Part shown: piece after piece, positions 35,951-47,849 of the stretch
Position numbering within the stretch: the first letter of the stretch is position 1
Layout: every line of letters begins with the position of its first letter
DNA from: Ostrea edulis
Taxonomy: Eukaryota
DNA: 64,000 nucleotides
Direction: 5' to 3'
NCBI RefSeq assembly: GCF_947568905.1
Contig: NC_079166.1
Location: 74,710,001-74,774,000 of the forward strand
The notes under the pieces: generated by a model
Databases searched by the model: none
The model's input: the letters and a program-made list of their open reading frames with translations, nothing else
What the model was told of the DNA's origin: nothing
Translations under genes and position numbers: made by a program

Positions 35951-37944
35951 TCAGACTATATCTACTGTCAAAGGATGTTCTTCCGTAATCCTCTCGTCTT
36001 CAAGTTTGGCTCCATCATCTTCGATATTGATGTCTGTCTGCCGTGGTGTCTGAGATTCTGAAGGTACACAGCACAAGTCACAGTTTGTATTATATCATAA
36101 AATATGGACTTGAACAGAAACATGTCTCGGTAAAGGAAACCAGGAAATATTGATCAGGTAGACTTACCGTATTTTGTCTTGAACAGCGATGAAAAAATAC
36201 CTGAAATTGTTCAATAGCACTAGCTATATTCCTTATACCTTGACCAACACAAACATTCTACACTGATGATAAATTAAGATGAAGGGATATATAATTTATT
36301 ACTACCTTTCAAGGAACAAAATTCTCTATCTTTGCAAACTCTGTATACAAGGACTATCAGACAAAGGATGAAAACTGCTATTCCTACGGGTATGCTCACA
36401 CAAAGAAGAACCCTGTCAACATAAAATGGCACAATACATAGCAAAGTCAAAGACGATGAATAAGATCTGTCCAAATAATGATAAATATGCCATGTAGGTG
36501 TTGCATGTTCATTTTCTTTAATACCTTAAACAAAAAATAATTACGCATTTTGGGGGTATGACTCTTGCTTTTGATTTTCTGCGTTCGTATGGTTAGGGGC
36601 GAGCTTTGCTTCTGACGTCACTTCCTTCTGGATATGGATAAGCAATCTTGACGATATTGTAGATTTACCATCATTCGTCGTATATATGCTGGGCGACGTG
36701 ACGATATTAGGTTTAACTGTTTTTCGACGTTGATAAGCTTGGCTATAACATTCTGAATCTGTAAGTATTAAAGGGTCATAACTTATTACAAAAAAAGCAA
36801 AATTTGCATTTGTTCAAAACACACGCCACTGTAGTTCAGCGGTAGAGCGATCGCATCGTCACTAGGAGGTCGTGAGATCGAGACCCATTCATGCCATGGT
36901 CGAATCAAAACCACGATTTAAGCACATGTAGTGATTCTGCCTTCGCCAAACGTTCAACATTCGGAAGTGAGAATCATGGGTCTATCACATATAGCATTAT
37001 CTACGGAAGTCCCTTGCTGCGACATGCACTGGCACATTAAAGAACCCCTACTCTTAAGCACTAAGCATATGTGTAAATTTGTGTTACTTCATCTACAACT
37101 GGTGACGTCTCGATATGAGTGAAAAAAAGATGTAGAGTGTAAAAACAAAGAAACAACAAAAAGAAATACATTGGACCAATCTTTTAAAATCATACTTAAT
37201 CTTAGAATGTAAACGAGGTTTTTGTACGTACATTTGTAACTCTCATTTGATAGATAAACATCAGGACATGTAGCGCACTTTGCATTCCTATTCCGCTGGA
37301 TTCTACGTCCACCTAAACTGTATTCTGCACACGCTTTTCCTGATGGAAAATATCGTTTCAGATTTAGTTTATCTCCAGTTATAATCTTCATGAAATTCCA
37401 AACATGACAAGATGAAATAATGACAAACAATGGAAATATTTTCTTAGAAAATGTTTCATACCTACAATATTCATGACTCTCGAACATACTTCTATTGTTT
37501 CATTCTGCCATGCATTAATCACACAATGGTACTCGAATGATCCACAGTTGTTTTTGATGTGATTACAGGCTTTCTTTGATGCCGCAGTCGCCCACTCTGC
37601 AGCTGTTTTGGGACAACTTAGGACAAACTTTGCTGTTAAGTTGGACTCTATACATTCTTCTCCTACTGCAAATATCTTAAAATATTCCAACACTTTAATA
37701 TCAATTATTACTACAAGTTTCAGCAGCAGTATCATCATTGAATCACTATCATCATCATTCCATCACTATCATCGTTGCTATTATAATTCATTAATTAAAG
37801 TTTATCAATTAATGTACATAAAATGAAAATTAGATAACATGGTATTTCGTAGTTATAGCAAATCTGAAATCTTATGAATCTTACCTTAACATCTAGAAGG
37901 CATATACTGGCAACGATCATCATTATGAGATATTGCAAAATCAT
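35951..37944 (-). CDS. Gene A2: 280-aa type I membrane protein, 10-Cys ectodomain family
   Basis: Coding exons 37944-37885, 37675-37462, 37339-37232, 36758-36545, 36412-36306, 36200-36168, 36057-35951 (843 nt). GT-AG introns, compatible phases, no internal stop. TM is VLLCVSIPVGIAVFILCLIVLVY. Confidence 0.9.
36825..37125 (+). mobile_element. Intron-3 SINE of A2
   Basis: Positional and sequence match to 3805-4085. Confidence 0.7.
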
Positions 37945-38263
37945 ATTTGTTGAAGTCTGAACCCTCTAAACAAATTCTGCAAAGTGAAAATTCAATATTA
38001 CTATGGTTATATGTCATTTCTGTTTGTTCATAATCAAGTCCCTTGAATTATGATTAAAGGTATTGTTGTGAAAAGGGTGGCAGTCAATAGATACTTACAC
38101 TTGAAGTGATATCGGGATGTCTCCAACAACAGACTTGAAAGTGTGTTTCTTTAAGGTTGTTTAGATTTGATATGAAGTCTTCATAGATAATAGCAACGTT
38201 TATTAATGTAAGCGATCCATATATCATTCAAGATCAGAGACAACGATTTTTTTTTTCTTTTTG

Positions 38264-38281
38264 TGAATCATGGGAATCCCC
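38264..38281. promoter_or_regulatory. AP-1-like (TGAATCA) plus NF-kB (GGGAATCCCC) motif pair upstream of A2
   Basis: Paralogous to 5239-5256; the central base of the AP-1 site differs. Confidence 0.55.
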
Positions 38282-38587
38282 GACCGACTCCAGATAAATT
38301 ATTATACATGTATGTGTGTGTTTAAAATAACCCAAATGATAAACAGCCGTTCTGCTTACAAAGCACGTTGGGGTTAAATATAACATTTAAAATCCCTGTA
38401 AGAATACGTCATAGTATCACCATTCAGTCGTCAGTGGTTTTTGTCCTACGTCCCTAGGCCTAGTACAGATATACTGCTATTCTTGTTGAATAAGAACAGA
38501 ACGTATCCCGGTACTACAGATAATAAAATGAAATAAGCTATACATACAGAAAGAGAGAGAGAGAGAAGGAGAGAGAGAGAAAGAAAG

Positions 38588-39303
38588 ATCCAATAATAAA
38601 AGTCAAGAAACACAAAACTCGAATAACATTTCACTGTTAGCTCTTTCGGCTTTAATGTCTCTTCAGACAGTAATACATTTAAATAATACTGCTAAGTAAC
38701 GTCAACATATCGCGACGTAAGAAATTGTTCTTTGTGACGTTATAATAATTTACACTGGTAGCGGTATAATACACACAATATTAGACAATACTGGGATATC
38801 AATTGCAGAGTTCAGTTCAATGTAGTTTCAATTTTACACTGTTATTTTCTATTAAGTTTGAGATTAAACAATTTTATAAAGTATTCCTCCTTTTTAACTC
38901 TGGAAATTTCGCAGTCATTATACATTTTATAAAATGGAAATATGTTGAAATCTCCATGACCACAATTGGCAAAATGTTCGAAACATGGCGCATTTCTGAT
39001 ACTTGGACCGTGAATTTGCTGCTTGTGGACGCGCACACGGGCGTTCACTTTGTTGGTTTGTCTGATGTAGTTTTCATTCCAGGTAGGGCAGGTCATACAA
39101 TATATTACGTTTTCGGATTTGCATGTCTTGGTAGAATTTGGTGTTAATTTTTTTGCCGCATTTAAGAATTTTTTTCTCTGTCTTCCACTAGATGATTACA
39201 TGTACCGCAAAGTGAATCCCCACATTTTTGCACGGATTTGGAATTTTCCGTAGTAAATCGGGAGCGTGTTAGAAGTGAATTCAGATTAGGAGCCTGTCTT
39301 CTG
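38588..39303 (-). mobile_element. Penelope GIY-YIG fragment shared with A1, cut off by the duplication junction
   Basis: Matches 5591-6298. ORF 38842-39096 reads MTCPTWNENYIRQTNK...EEYFIKLFNLKLNRK. Confidence 0.85.
38632..38672 (-). ncRNA. Hammerhead motif, duplicate of 5635-5675
   Basis: ACTGT-CTGAAGA-GAC attaaa GCC-GAAA-GAGCT-A^ACAGTG. Comparison with A1 implies an ancestral perfect GGC/GCC stem II. Confidence 0.7.
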
Positions 39304-41527
39304 CAGTGTTCCCAATATTTCCACGCCGCCTGAAAATAATATGAACATACTGGGTCGAAACAAAGTGAATAAACCTTTGGATCCGCTCTAATCCTATATT
39401 TTCAGTATCATATCAATTACTTCTGCTTTTGTTAAAAAGCATTTTTCCTAATATGTTGTTTTTCCTGATTATTAACCATACAGCTCTGTATTTTGTATGT
39501 AGAATAATTTACAAAGTGAAACATTTTGCAAAGTTAAATTCCACATGCATATAATAAAGAAGGGTCAAAATAACGAACAGTGATCAATCCTATAACTTAT
39601 ATATGCAATACAAAATAAACACGGATCCCTAAGCACACCAGAGGTGGGATCAGGTGCCTATCAGGACTAAACAGCCCCTTTCGACCGGTCACATCTAACA
39701 CAACTTGTTTCGCATAAACAACACTTTTTGGTTTTAAATGTTTAACAAAAGAATCCACATATATAAGTAACAAAATTTTCTTTTACGTATTTAACGAAAT
39801 TAGTTCAATCCGTTACATATATTGTATAGTTTTCGTGAGTGTATCATGTTTTAAAGTATATTTGATCCAGAGCTCACGGCGGGTGTGACCGGTCGACAGG
39901 AGATGCTTTCTCCTCCTAGGCACCTGATGCCATCTCTGGTGTATCCAGGGGTCCGTGTTTGCCCAACTATCTATTTTGTATTGCTTGTAGGAGTTATGAG
40001 ATTGATCACTGTTCGTTATCTTCACCTTTCATCTTTCTCCCTTAATCTTTTGTGAAGGTCACCATTTGCCATCGCTGCACCTCTTGTTCTCGTATTTTTG
40101 CTGATTGTGATAGGTGTACTACTGTACATAAAGATAAAGAAAATACTCGAAAAACGGATGCCGATAAACGGTACATTGTAATTACATACATAGGCAAACA
40201 ATTGACGCGATGTATAGGTATGGATGCATTAGCTTCCGGAAGTAAAATATCGCACGTTGTACGCCAAGTGCACACAATAATTCAATCGCAATATTAAATA
40301 TCAATTCATTAGAAAATACAATTGAGATAAAAGTAGATGTTAGTTTTCAAATTGTGTTTTAGTATTTGATACTGAAAGTTGAGTTTTTGACATAGTGAAA
40401 ATGACAATTTAAGAAAAACTTTAAAAGTTTATAACGTGGACACTGGTGGCTTGCCAATCCTGGATAAGTTTTTAACTATTATACTGGTATAAGAAGTGAA
40501 ATTATTCATTTTCGCAGTCTTTAGTAATATATTTATTATGGTACCTGCGACATTTTCTACAGTGCTTTGCTGAAGTCGTAAATGTTCACAAAAGCTGTCA
40601 TTGATAAACAATGCTTACTAATTTGATATTTTTGGTTTTCGTCATAAACTCTGGTATTTGGTTTCAATCATCCATTCACCGTGTCGATCGGAAAGCTTTT
40701 TTCAAACACAGAAAATCTATACCGTGTTCTTTTCACACCTGCATTAAATGTTTCCGTTAAACAACGAATAACAGTTACCCAGTAAACCAAAGTGATATCT
40801 TGTCGATCCCTCATCAATAGTCTCGTGTATTCTAGTTTACTGTAACGTCGGTTGCTTTCTAAGTTTAAAATGTGTCGTCATAGACGCTACTGCCCTAAGG
40901 AGTACTTCTAGCCTACTTTTCAGAGGTAGAATAAGTGAATAAATAATATCATTTAACCCGATATGTTGGAGCAGGATAAATAAAATGCACCATAACTGTC
41001 TGGATTTTTTTCCCACTTGATATAAAGAATTGGTAGCATGTTATACGAAACCTTTATATGTCTGCAATCACAATACCTATTAAATAATACATATCTATTT
41101 TTGCAGATGAAAGGGAAACTACAGAAGATACCCCAATGGTTGAAACGGTGTGATAACAAATATTAATATCTCATGTAATTTAGTCGAAGCCGATTGGTCG
41201 AGAACATTTGAAAAAACATTGTTAACCTCTGAGAACAGAAAACACACGCACCAGCGTGATGGTATTTAGCAACGGGTAACATCACTCCATAACAGGTAAT
41301 ATTATTTAAATATTGAATGTACTTGATGGCATTAAAAATTTTCACTCCGAGAAAACCATTATCAATCGAGGCGTAGCCGAGGTTGACAATGGTTTCTCGA
41401 GGAGTGAACAGTTGCAATGCTACCATCAACTGCATCCAATGTTTGTTTTATTATACTGAATGTTATACAAACAGCAAAGCATAAAAACTTACGTTTGTTG
41501 ACATTTGCTAAATCACTGTAATGTGAC

Positions 41528-41911
41528 CAGTGGCGGATTCAAGGGGATGCATCCCCCGCCTTAAAAATGTTTAATTTAAGGTAAATCGTGGTATCTTCTT
41601 TTGAGAAATGTAAATCATTTAAGAAGCAATAATTTCTTCCACTCTCAGAGCAATAAATGACAAAATCGTTTGATATATGAGAATACTTTTAATGAAAGAA
41701 CTTGCATTTTTAAAACTTTTTTATTATCAAAAATGACAGAAAATATAAAAACTGCCTACATAGGTGACATGGGAGACATATTTGAATTCCTATAAAATCT
41801 CTAAAAATCCACGAGCTTCCATTGGGGACATCAAGGCGGCTCACAGACCCCCTGCGACATAAAGTTGCCTCATAAAGTCCCCCCCTACCACAATTCCTGG
41901 ATCCGCCCCTG
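41528..41911. mobile_element. MITE, duplicate of 24904-25291
   Basis: cagtggcggattc...ggatccgcccctg. Confidence 0.65.
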
Positions 41912-44900
41912 GTATATCAATCCGAGTATGCGCTTAAACGACATCGTTTAACATTCTACGGAGAACCGTACGCGTTTAAAATGGAAGTATTTTTATGATA
42001 TCACCCGTTGTCAAGTATTATTACTCGTTACTAGATACTATCATTTTGGAACGCGACTTTTCTGTTCTCAGAGGGTAACAATATGCTTTTAAATGCTTCT
42101 CAACCATCAGATTCAAGTATCTGTTGATTAGTTGAGGATAACACTCAAAATTGCCACCCCTCGAGAAACCGTTGTCACCCTCGGCAACTCCTCGGTTGAC
42201 AATGGTTTTCTCGCCCCAATGTAACCCTCAAGTACATGCAATATTCATATACTAGCACATGTACATGTACAAATTGTTTTCTATTAAAATTGGTTTGAAA
42301 TTGTCAATTTGACTGACTAATGCACTTGTGTTTGCGGATATTAAACGAGCGTTAACATGACGGAAGGTTTGCCCATTGTGACGTCATAATAGACTGGAGT
42401 AAAAGCATAACGTCAAATGTATACATTTCGTACATACATGTAACGTATTTCATATTAAAAATAAGACGTAAACATTTAGCAAGGGCACACATTCCATTAA
42501 AATGGGAATAGCTTTCTTTTCATTTTTAGCGACTGGTAATGCTGATTTGATGGTCACAAACATCCGATTCACCGGAAAAATCGGCATTAAGGCTCGCAAA
42601 TAATAAACGGGGTGTTAATTTTTCCTTAAATGCATATTTTTTCATTATGTTGTCTATTTTTACTAGTATATCTGATGTTCTTTTTAAACATGGAGGCTAT
42701 CCTGCAATATCCACAAGAATGCATGTCTTATTTTCCAAATTAATAATATGGAACAATTGCGCAAATTCAACTGCCGTGTATATGAACATCAATATGCCAA
42801 TTGCACATTTCTGATTTTTTTTTTAAATACTCGACACTTTTAGTAATTCCACTCTCATTTGACGTCATAAGAGTTTACAAATTTATTGATTTATTTCGAT
42901 TGATACATGGTATGAACTTAAATTTTGTTGGAGTATTTCCTGATACGAATTGTAAAACAATCTTATTTAACATACAATATTTTATAAGTCTAATGTATGT
43001 ATGGTAGATAAGTTTATATGTTTATTTGATAGTGGATCCAAAGGCAATAACTCTGTTTTTATTTATTTCATTATCGACTTCATTGTACACCAATTTCCTT
43101 TATTTTTCAAATATTTGGAAATCATTGAAAATCATTGAAAAAGTTTGTAAAATAACAGTTTCATGAAATTTTCATGAATTTTATCATATCCTTATAACCA
43201 GATTTTGTGTAATTTCAATATTGTTGTTAAGGAAAATTGTAGTCTTTTTATGAACGATTATTTTTGTACATGCCTCGCATCTTACAAATTGCAATAAACT
43301 ACACTGTATATATCTTATTTGATAGTTTATTAGTTTTAGAGATGATGAATGAAAATAAATGCACGATCTATACTTTTAACGGATAATAATACGACTATGG
43401 AGTTAAATTAATAGCCCCTTCACTGTGTCATTAATACTTCATGCATATTTCAAATAAGTTTTTTTTTATTGTTCAAATGTCGTCATTATATAGTCGCTCT
43501 TTATAAAATTCCAATATTGTATTATTTTTCATTGCATCCTTAGCAGATATGGTCAACACAATGGTGTTGTACATATCTTGGTTTCATGAATGAATGTAGG
43601 ATGACAATTGAATTACTGCACCCAGGAATGCATAACCCTAGTAAAAATGTTTAACATGGGCCGCTTTATTTCCCCCTTTATCGGGTCACTAAACCTAAAG
43701 AATACCATTCATGATTTAACTGTATAGCACGGGGTATTTAAATAGGTCATAGTAAAGACGCATCGTAAGATTATTAAAAAGCTACGAAGCCTGTGAAATG
43801 TCGCACACTGTTTATTGAAAGCGAGAACTAACCCGAGACCATCAGATTATCCAACTCATTTCATTCGACACAGTTCAGGCAATGGAGAAAAGATGAATGG
43901 AGAACGGTAGTGTGATTTTAGTGACTGCATGCGTATTGTAATAGGGCATCAAATTTTTGGTGACTGCATGAGTTTAATGTTTGATCAATCACAATAATAA
44001 ATGCGGAAAACATGAAAATCAATGCCAAAAAAGTAGATACTTCTAGAACTATGCAAAACACATTTAACAACGGCAATGTTTTATACAGACACACACTAGA
44101 CGAGACTAAATACCAAAGGATAATAGTGTTAGTAAGTGGTTTTATTATAAGCTATTCTGATTTAAAGAATGGTTCATTGCCTGGCTTTTAATTATAAGGA
44201 TCTATATCCAAGGCCTGTTGAATGGGAGAAGATGTCCCACTGTCAAAAGAGTGAAGATGTAACTGAAACAAAAAAACATTCCCAATAAAATAATTTTCAT
44301 CAGCATCATTATTCATCAAAACCTTTGTAGAATGTTTCATTCAACTAACATTTGATCTCATCAATATTGAAGCACAATAATTGAACAATAAAGCTCGCAA
44401 CAGTACATGGGTTGAAAAGTTGCATTTTGTTTGTAGTCACTTGTAAAGTAGACATTTGTAAGAATGGGTCACATTGCAAACATTAAGCATTTTCCTTATA
44501 GCGCATGTATTCATATTTCAATCGCTGTCTTATAAAAGTTGAAGATAACGAATGATTACAAATATTATGATTTTTAAGAGAAATGCAAAACAAATATAAG
44601 ACAAATATATACTCCTGGACTCATCACAGTCGGGATAATGTGGCTAGGAGGAGTAAGCATTGCCGGTCAAAGTCAAAATTAATATGCAAAGAGCGGCCAA
44701 ACACTTGTATAAAACACGTCAGAGAGCATTTAATTTACTGACAAGTTATATTTTCAAATTAGATCGTTATGATGACCAAAGGATTTGGAAATGCTGAATT
44801 TAAACGAAATTCTTCAAACGCATATACATGTAACATCAACATATTTGTTAGCAGTCTTAATTTAAAAACTGATCACACGTAGAACATGCTCCTGCTTATC

Positions 44901-44944
44901 AACTTAGTTGAGAGATATATTTCATGGCATGTTCGAATTGTCAA

Positions 44945-45193
44945 AGGGGCCTCCGTGGCCGAGTGGTTAGAGCATCGTGCTCAAAATCACACGGCCTCTC
45001 ACCACTGTCGGCGCGGGTTCGAATCCTGCTCGCGCCGGTAAATGAGAAAGTTTCCCAGTTTACTTTCGGAAGGTCGGTGGTCTCTTCCCAGGTACATTGC
45101 ATCTGGGTTCTCTCTTCCACGAATAAAAATTGGGTGCCACCAGATAACTGAAAAATTGTTGAGTGTGGCGGAAAACATCAATCAATCAATCAA
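44945..45193 (+). mobile_element. Young tRNA-derived SINE (same family as 32157-32408) with 12-bp TSD
   Basis: A box TGGCCGAGTGG, B box GGTTCGAATCC and an (ATCA)n tail. TSD tcgaattgtcaa at 44933-44944 and 45194-45205. Absent from the paralogous site near 28310. Confidence 0.88.
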
Positions 45194-47322
45194 TCGAATT
45201 GTCAACGATCGAAATAATAGAAATTAATTAATACATTTATGTCTAATATCAATATTATCATCTATTTTAAAACTAACCATTGGTATATTATTTCCTGCTG
45301 CAGTTCCAATGAAGGTGGGAATACTTAAATAAACAAACTGCAAAACACAAAGAATACACAGAGCTCGAAATTAAAGACATCACAGAGTCGTCCACTTCTG
45401 CTTCATACTTAGATATTTTATTGAAAGTAGAAATTAATGACAAACTGAAAACTCAATTGTATGACAAACGGGATGATTTCAGCTTCTTCATCGTCAACAT
45501 CCCATTTTTTATGTAACAATACTTCATTATCACCTACATATCATGTTTATATCTCTCAACTGATTCGATATGCAAGAGCTTTTTCTCCGTATGGTCCGTT
45601 TTGCAATCGAGGCAAGCTAACGACAAACAAGTTGATAGTAATGGTAATGGGGTTTCAACATTCTCGATTGAAGTCAGCATTTTGCAAATTCTATGGTCGT
45701 TTTAACGATCTAGTTCGTAAATACAGCCTACCATTGGGTCAAATGCTAGCTGATGTGTTTCATACCGATTGTTAGGCCGTTCTTGGCACACTGATTTTGA
45801 CTACGGATAACTCCATTTACCTGATCAGGATATAGGGCTCACAGGACGACAGTGGATGCTAACACCTCCTAAGCACCTGATCCCACCTCTGGTGTGTCCA
45901 GGGATCCGAGTTTGCCCAATTTTCTATTTTGTATTACTTATAGGAGTTATGAGTTTGATAACTGTTCGTTATCTTCACTTTTCATGGAACAGTCTATGAA
46001 TGGAAAGAACCATTCATATCCGCCGTGATTTCTAGATATTGCAATTGATGACGGTAAGAGGATCCCCACTCAAAATCAGAATGTGACCAATGACAGGTTG
46101 CATCGGCAAACAATATTGATATAGCGGCCATAAACATTATAATTTATAGACTTTGATGAAGACATTTTAACCTATGTAACATCAGCTTAAAATTTCATCA
46201 TACACAGAAATTGTTCTAGTGAATCGAACCAATTGAGAAAAATAAACAAGATAGTATTTGTTTTTCTCATATAGAATCTTTCTGGATAAATTCTACCCCA
46301 TAAGAATACAACAGGTCAGCTACTCATGGAACATAACCTGTATTCATAGGAGTTCCAAAAGACTATTGAAAGACCTGGCAACCAAAAACTATATAGCAAT
46401 TGTCTATGAGACTGGTTGGTTGTGTATTTCTTAAAGTTCCGATCGAGACATTTTCATTCATACGAAGACGGAAGACGTCACCATTGCCGACGAAGGACAG
46501 CAACGTTTAAGCATATGATTGACGCTTACGGGCTTTGAGCAGGGAGAAATAATTATCGTATCATACCTGATGTTATAAATGGCCTCATATATTGCAGTCT
46601 AATACTAAGGACAGTCCCATTTATTCACCTTTTACGACAGACAGGCAGCACTGAGGATATATTCGAACCATACTCCCAGTGGTATTTTCTATGGTAAAAA
46701 CCCCGACACCGTTTTACTATCAACGACATAATACTTTTGCGTATAATTAGACTAGTGTTTAACGAAGTAATTTCCTTGGATGACGGAGAACAAGATATGG
46801 ATATTCCAAGTTCTGTATCCATTGGAGATGCAGCTGTCTATGATGTCAAAATGTATGGTATTTGGTTGATTGGGAGGAATGGTCGTGTAACGTGTTGAAA
46901 ATTCGTATGCTTTGATGTTTTGTTTTGGTAACAGTGTTGTGATTACAATTTACTAAACTCTTTATTTTTTTGCAGTTTTTGAAGATTTACATTTGCCTTC
47001 CAACATATACGACGCTACGTTCACACGAGTGTATTCGGAGACTTAAAGATGAAATAATTTTAAAAAAGGACTTAGAATGATGGTAGCTTTTTACCGTAGA
47101 CTAACGTTAAGTGTAAGTCAAGAGTCACTTTCTGGATATAATAAGTGTATGATACTCTGTGTTTCTACTCGGCACTCCCTAATGCCGTAGAGGTTAAAAT
47201 GAAAATAGAAGCCTCAAACTAAAATCGTATCTGATGTTATTGATAGGCGCGCGTCATGTGTTCCTTTATATCAAAACCAGTCACTCTATTTTAAACAGTG
47301 AAGAACAAAAAATTCCATTCAT

Positions 47323-47705
47323 CGAGGTAAGCTACTGACAAACAAGTTGATGGTACAGGGATTTCAACAGTCTCGATTGAAGTCAGCATTTCGCAAATTC
47401 CATGGTCGTTATAACGATCTAGTTCGTCAATATAACCTCGCATTGGGTCAAATGCTGTCTGACGTGTTTCATACCGATTGTTAAGCCGTTCTTGGCACAC
47501 TGAATTTGACTGTGGATAACTCCGTTTACCTGATCAGGATATGGGGCTCACGGCGGGTGTGACCGGTCAACAGGGGATGCTTACTGCTCCTAGGCTCCTG
47601 ATCGCACCTCTGGTGTGTCCAGGGGTCCGTATTTGCCCAACTATCTATTTTTTATTGCTTGTACGAGTTATGAGATTGATCAATGTTCGTTATCTTCACT
47701 TTGCT
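47323..47705 (+). mobile_element. Naiad 3' fragment (end of RT plus pseudo-LTR), specific to duplication unit 2
   Basis: Interrupts ccattcat|gaatacg, which is continuous near 30700. Confidence 0.88.
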
Positions 47706-47849
47706 TGAATACGTAGGAAGAGGCAGAGGATTTAAAGTGCTTGTCAGACAGTCTGAATCGTAAATTGTAATGTTTGTAGTAAAACGGTGCATATATGCAG
47801 CATGTTATTTCAGGCAGATATATGTAAATATTTTATAGAATTTCAATGC

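Larger units (their letters stand above)
21406..39302. repeat. Tandem segmental duplication, unit 1 (~17.9 kb; block B, spacer, gene A2)
   Basis: Collinear with 39303-57445, e.g. gcagtgttcccaat at 21406 and 39303 (offset 17897). The units differ by indels and TE insertions. Confidence 0.85.

Noticed and set aside
44945-45040. tRNA-like sequences (also 1851, 3805, 32330-32408, 36825, 55495) as tRNA genes
   Set aside because: They have no closed cloverleaf and continue into SINE bodies, with tails and TSDs in the young copies.
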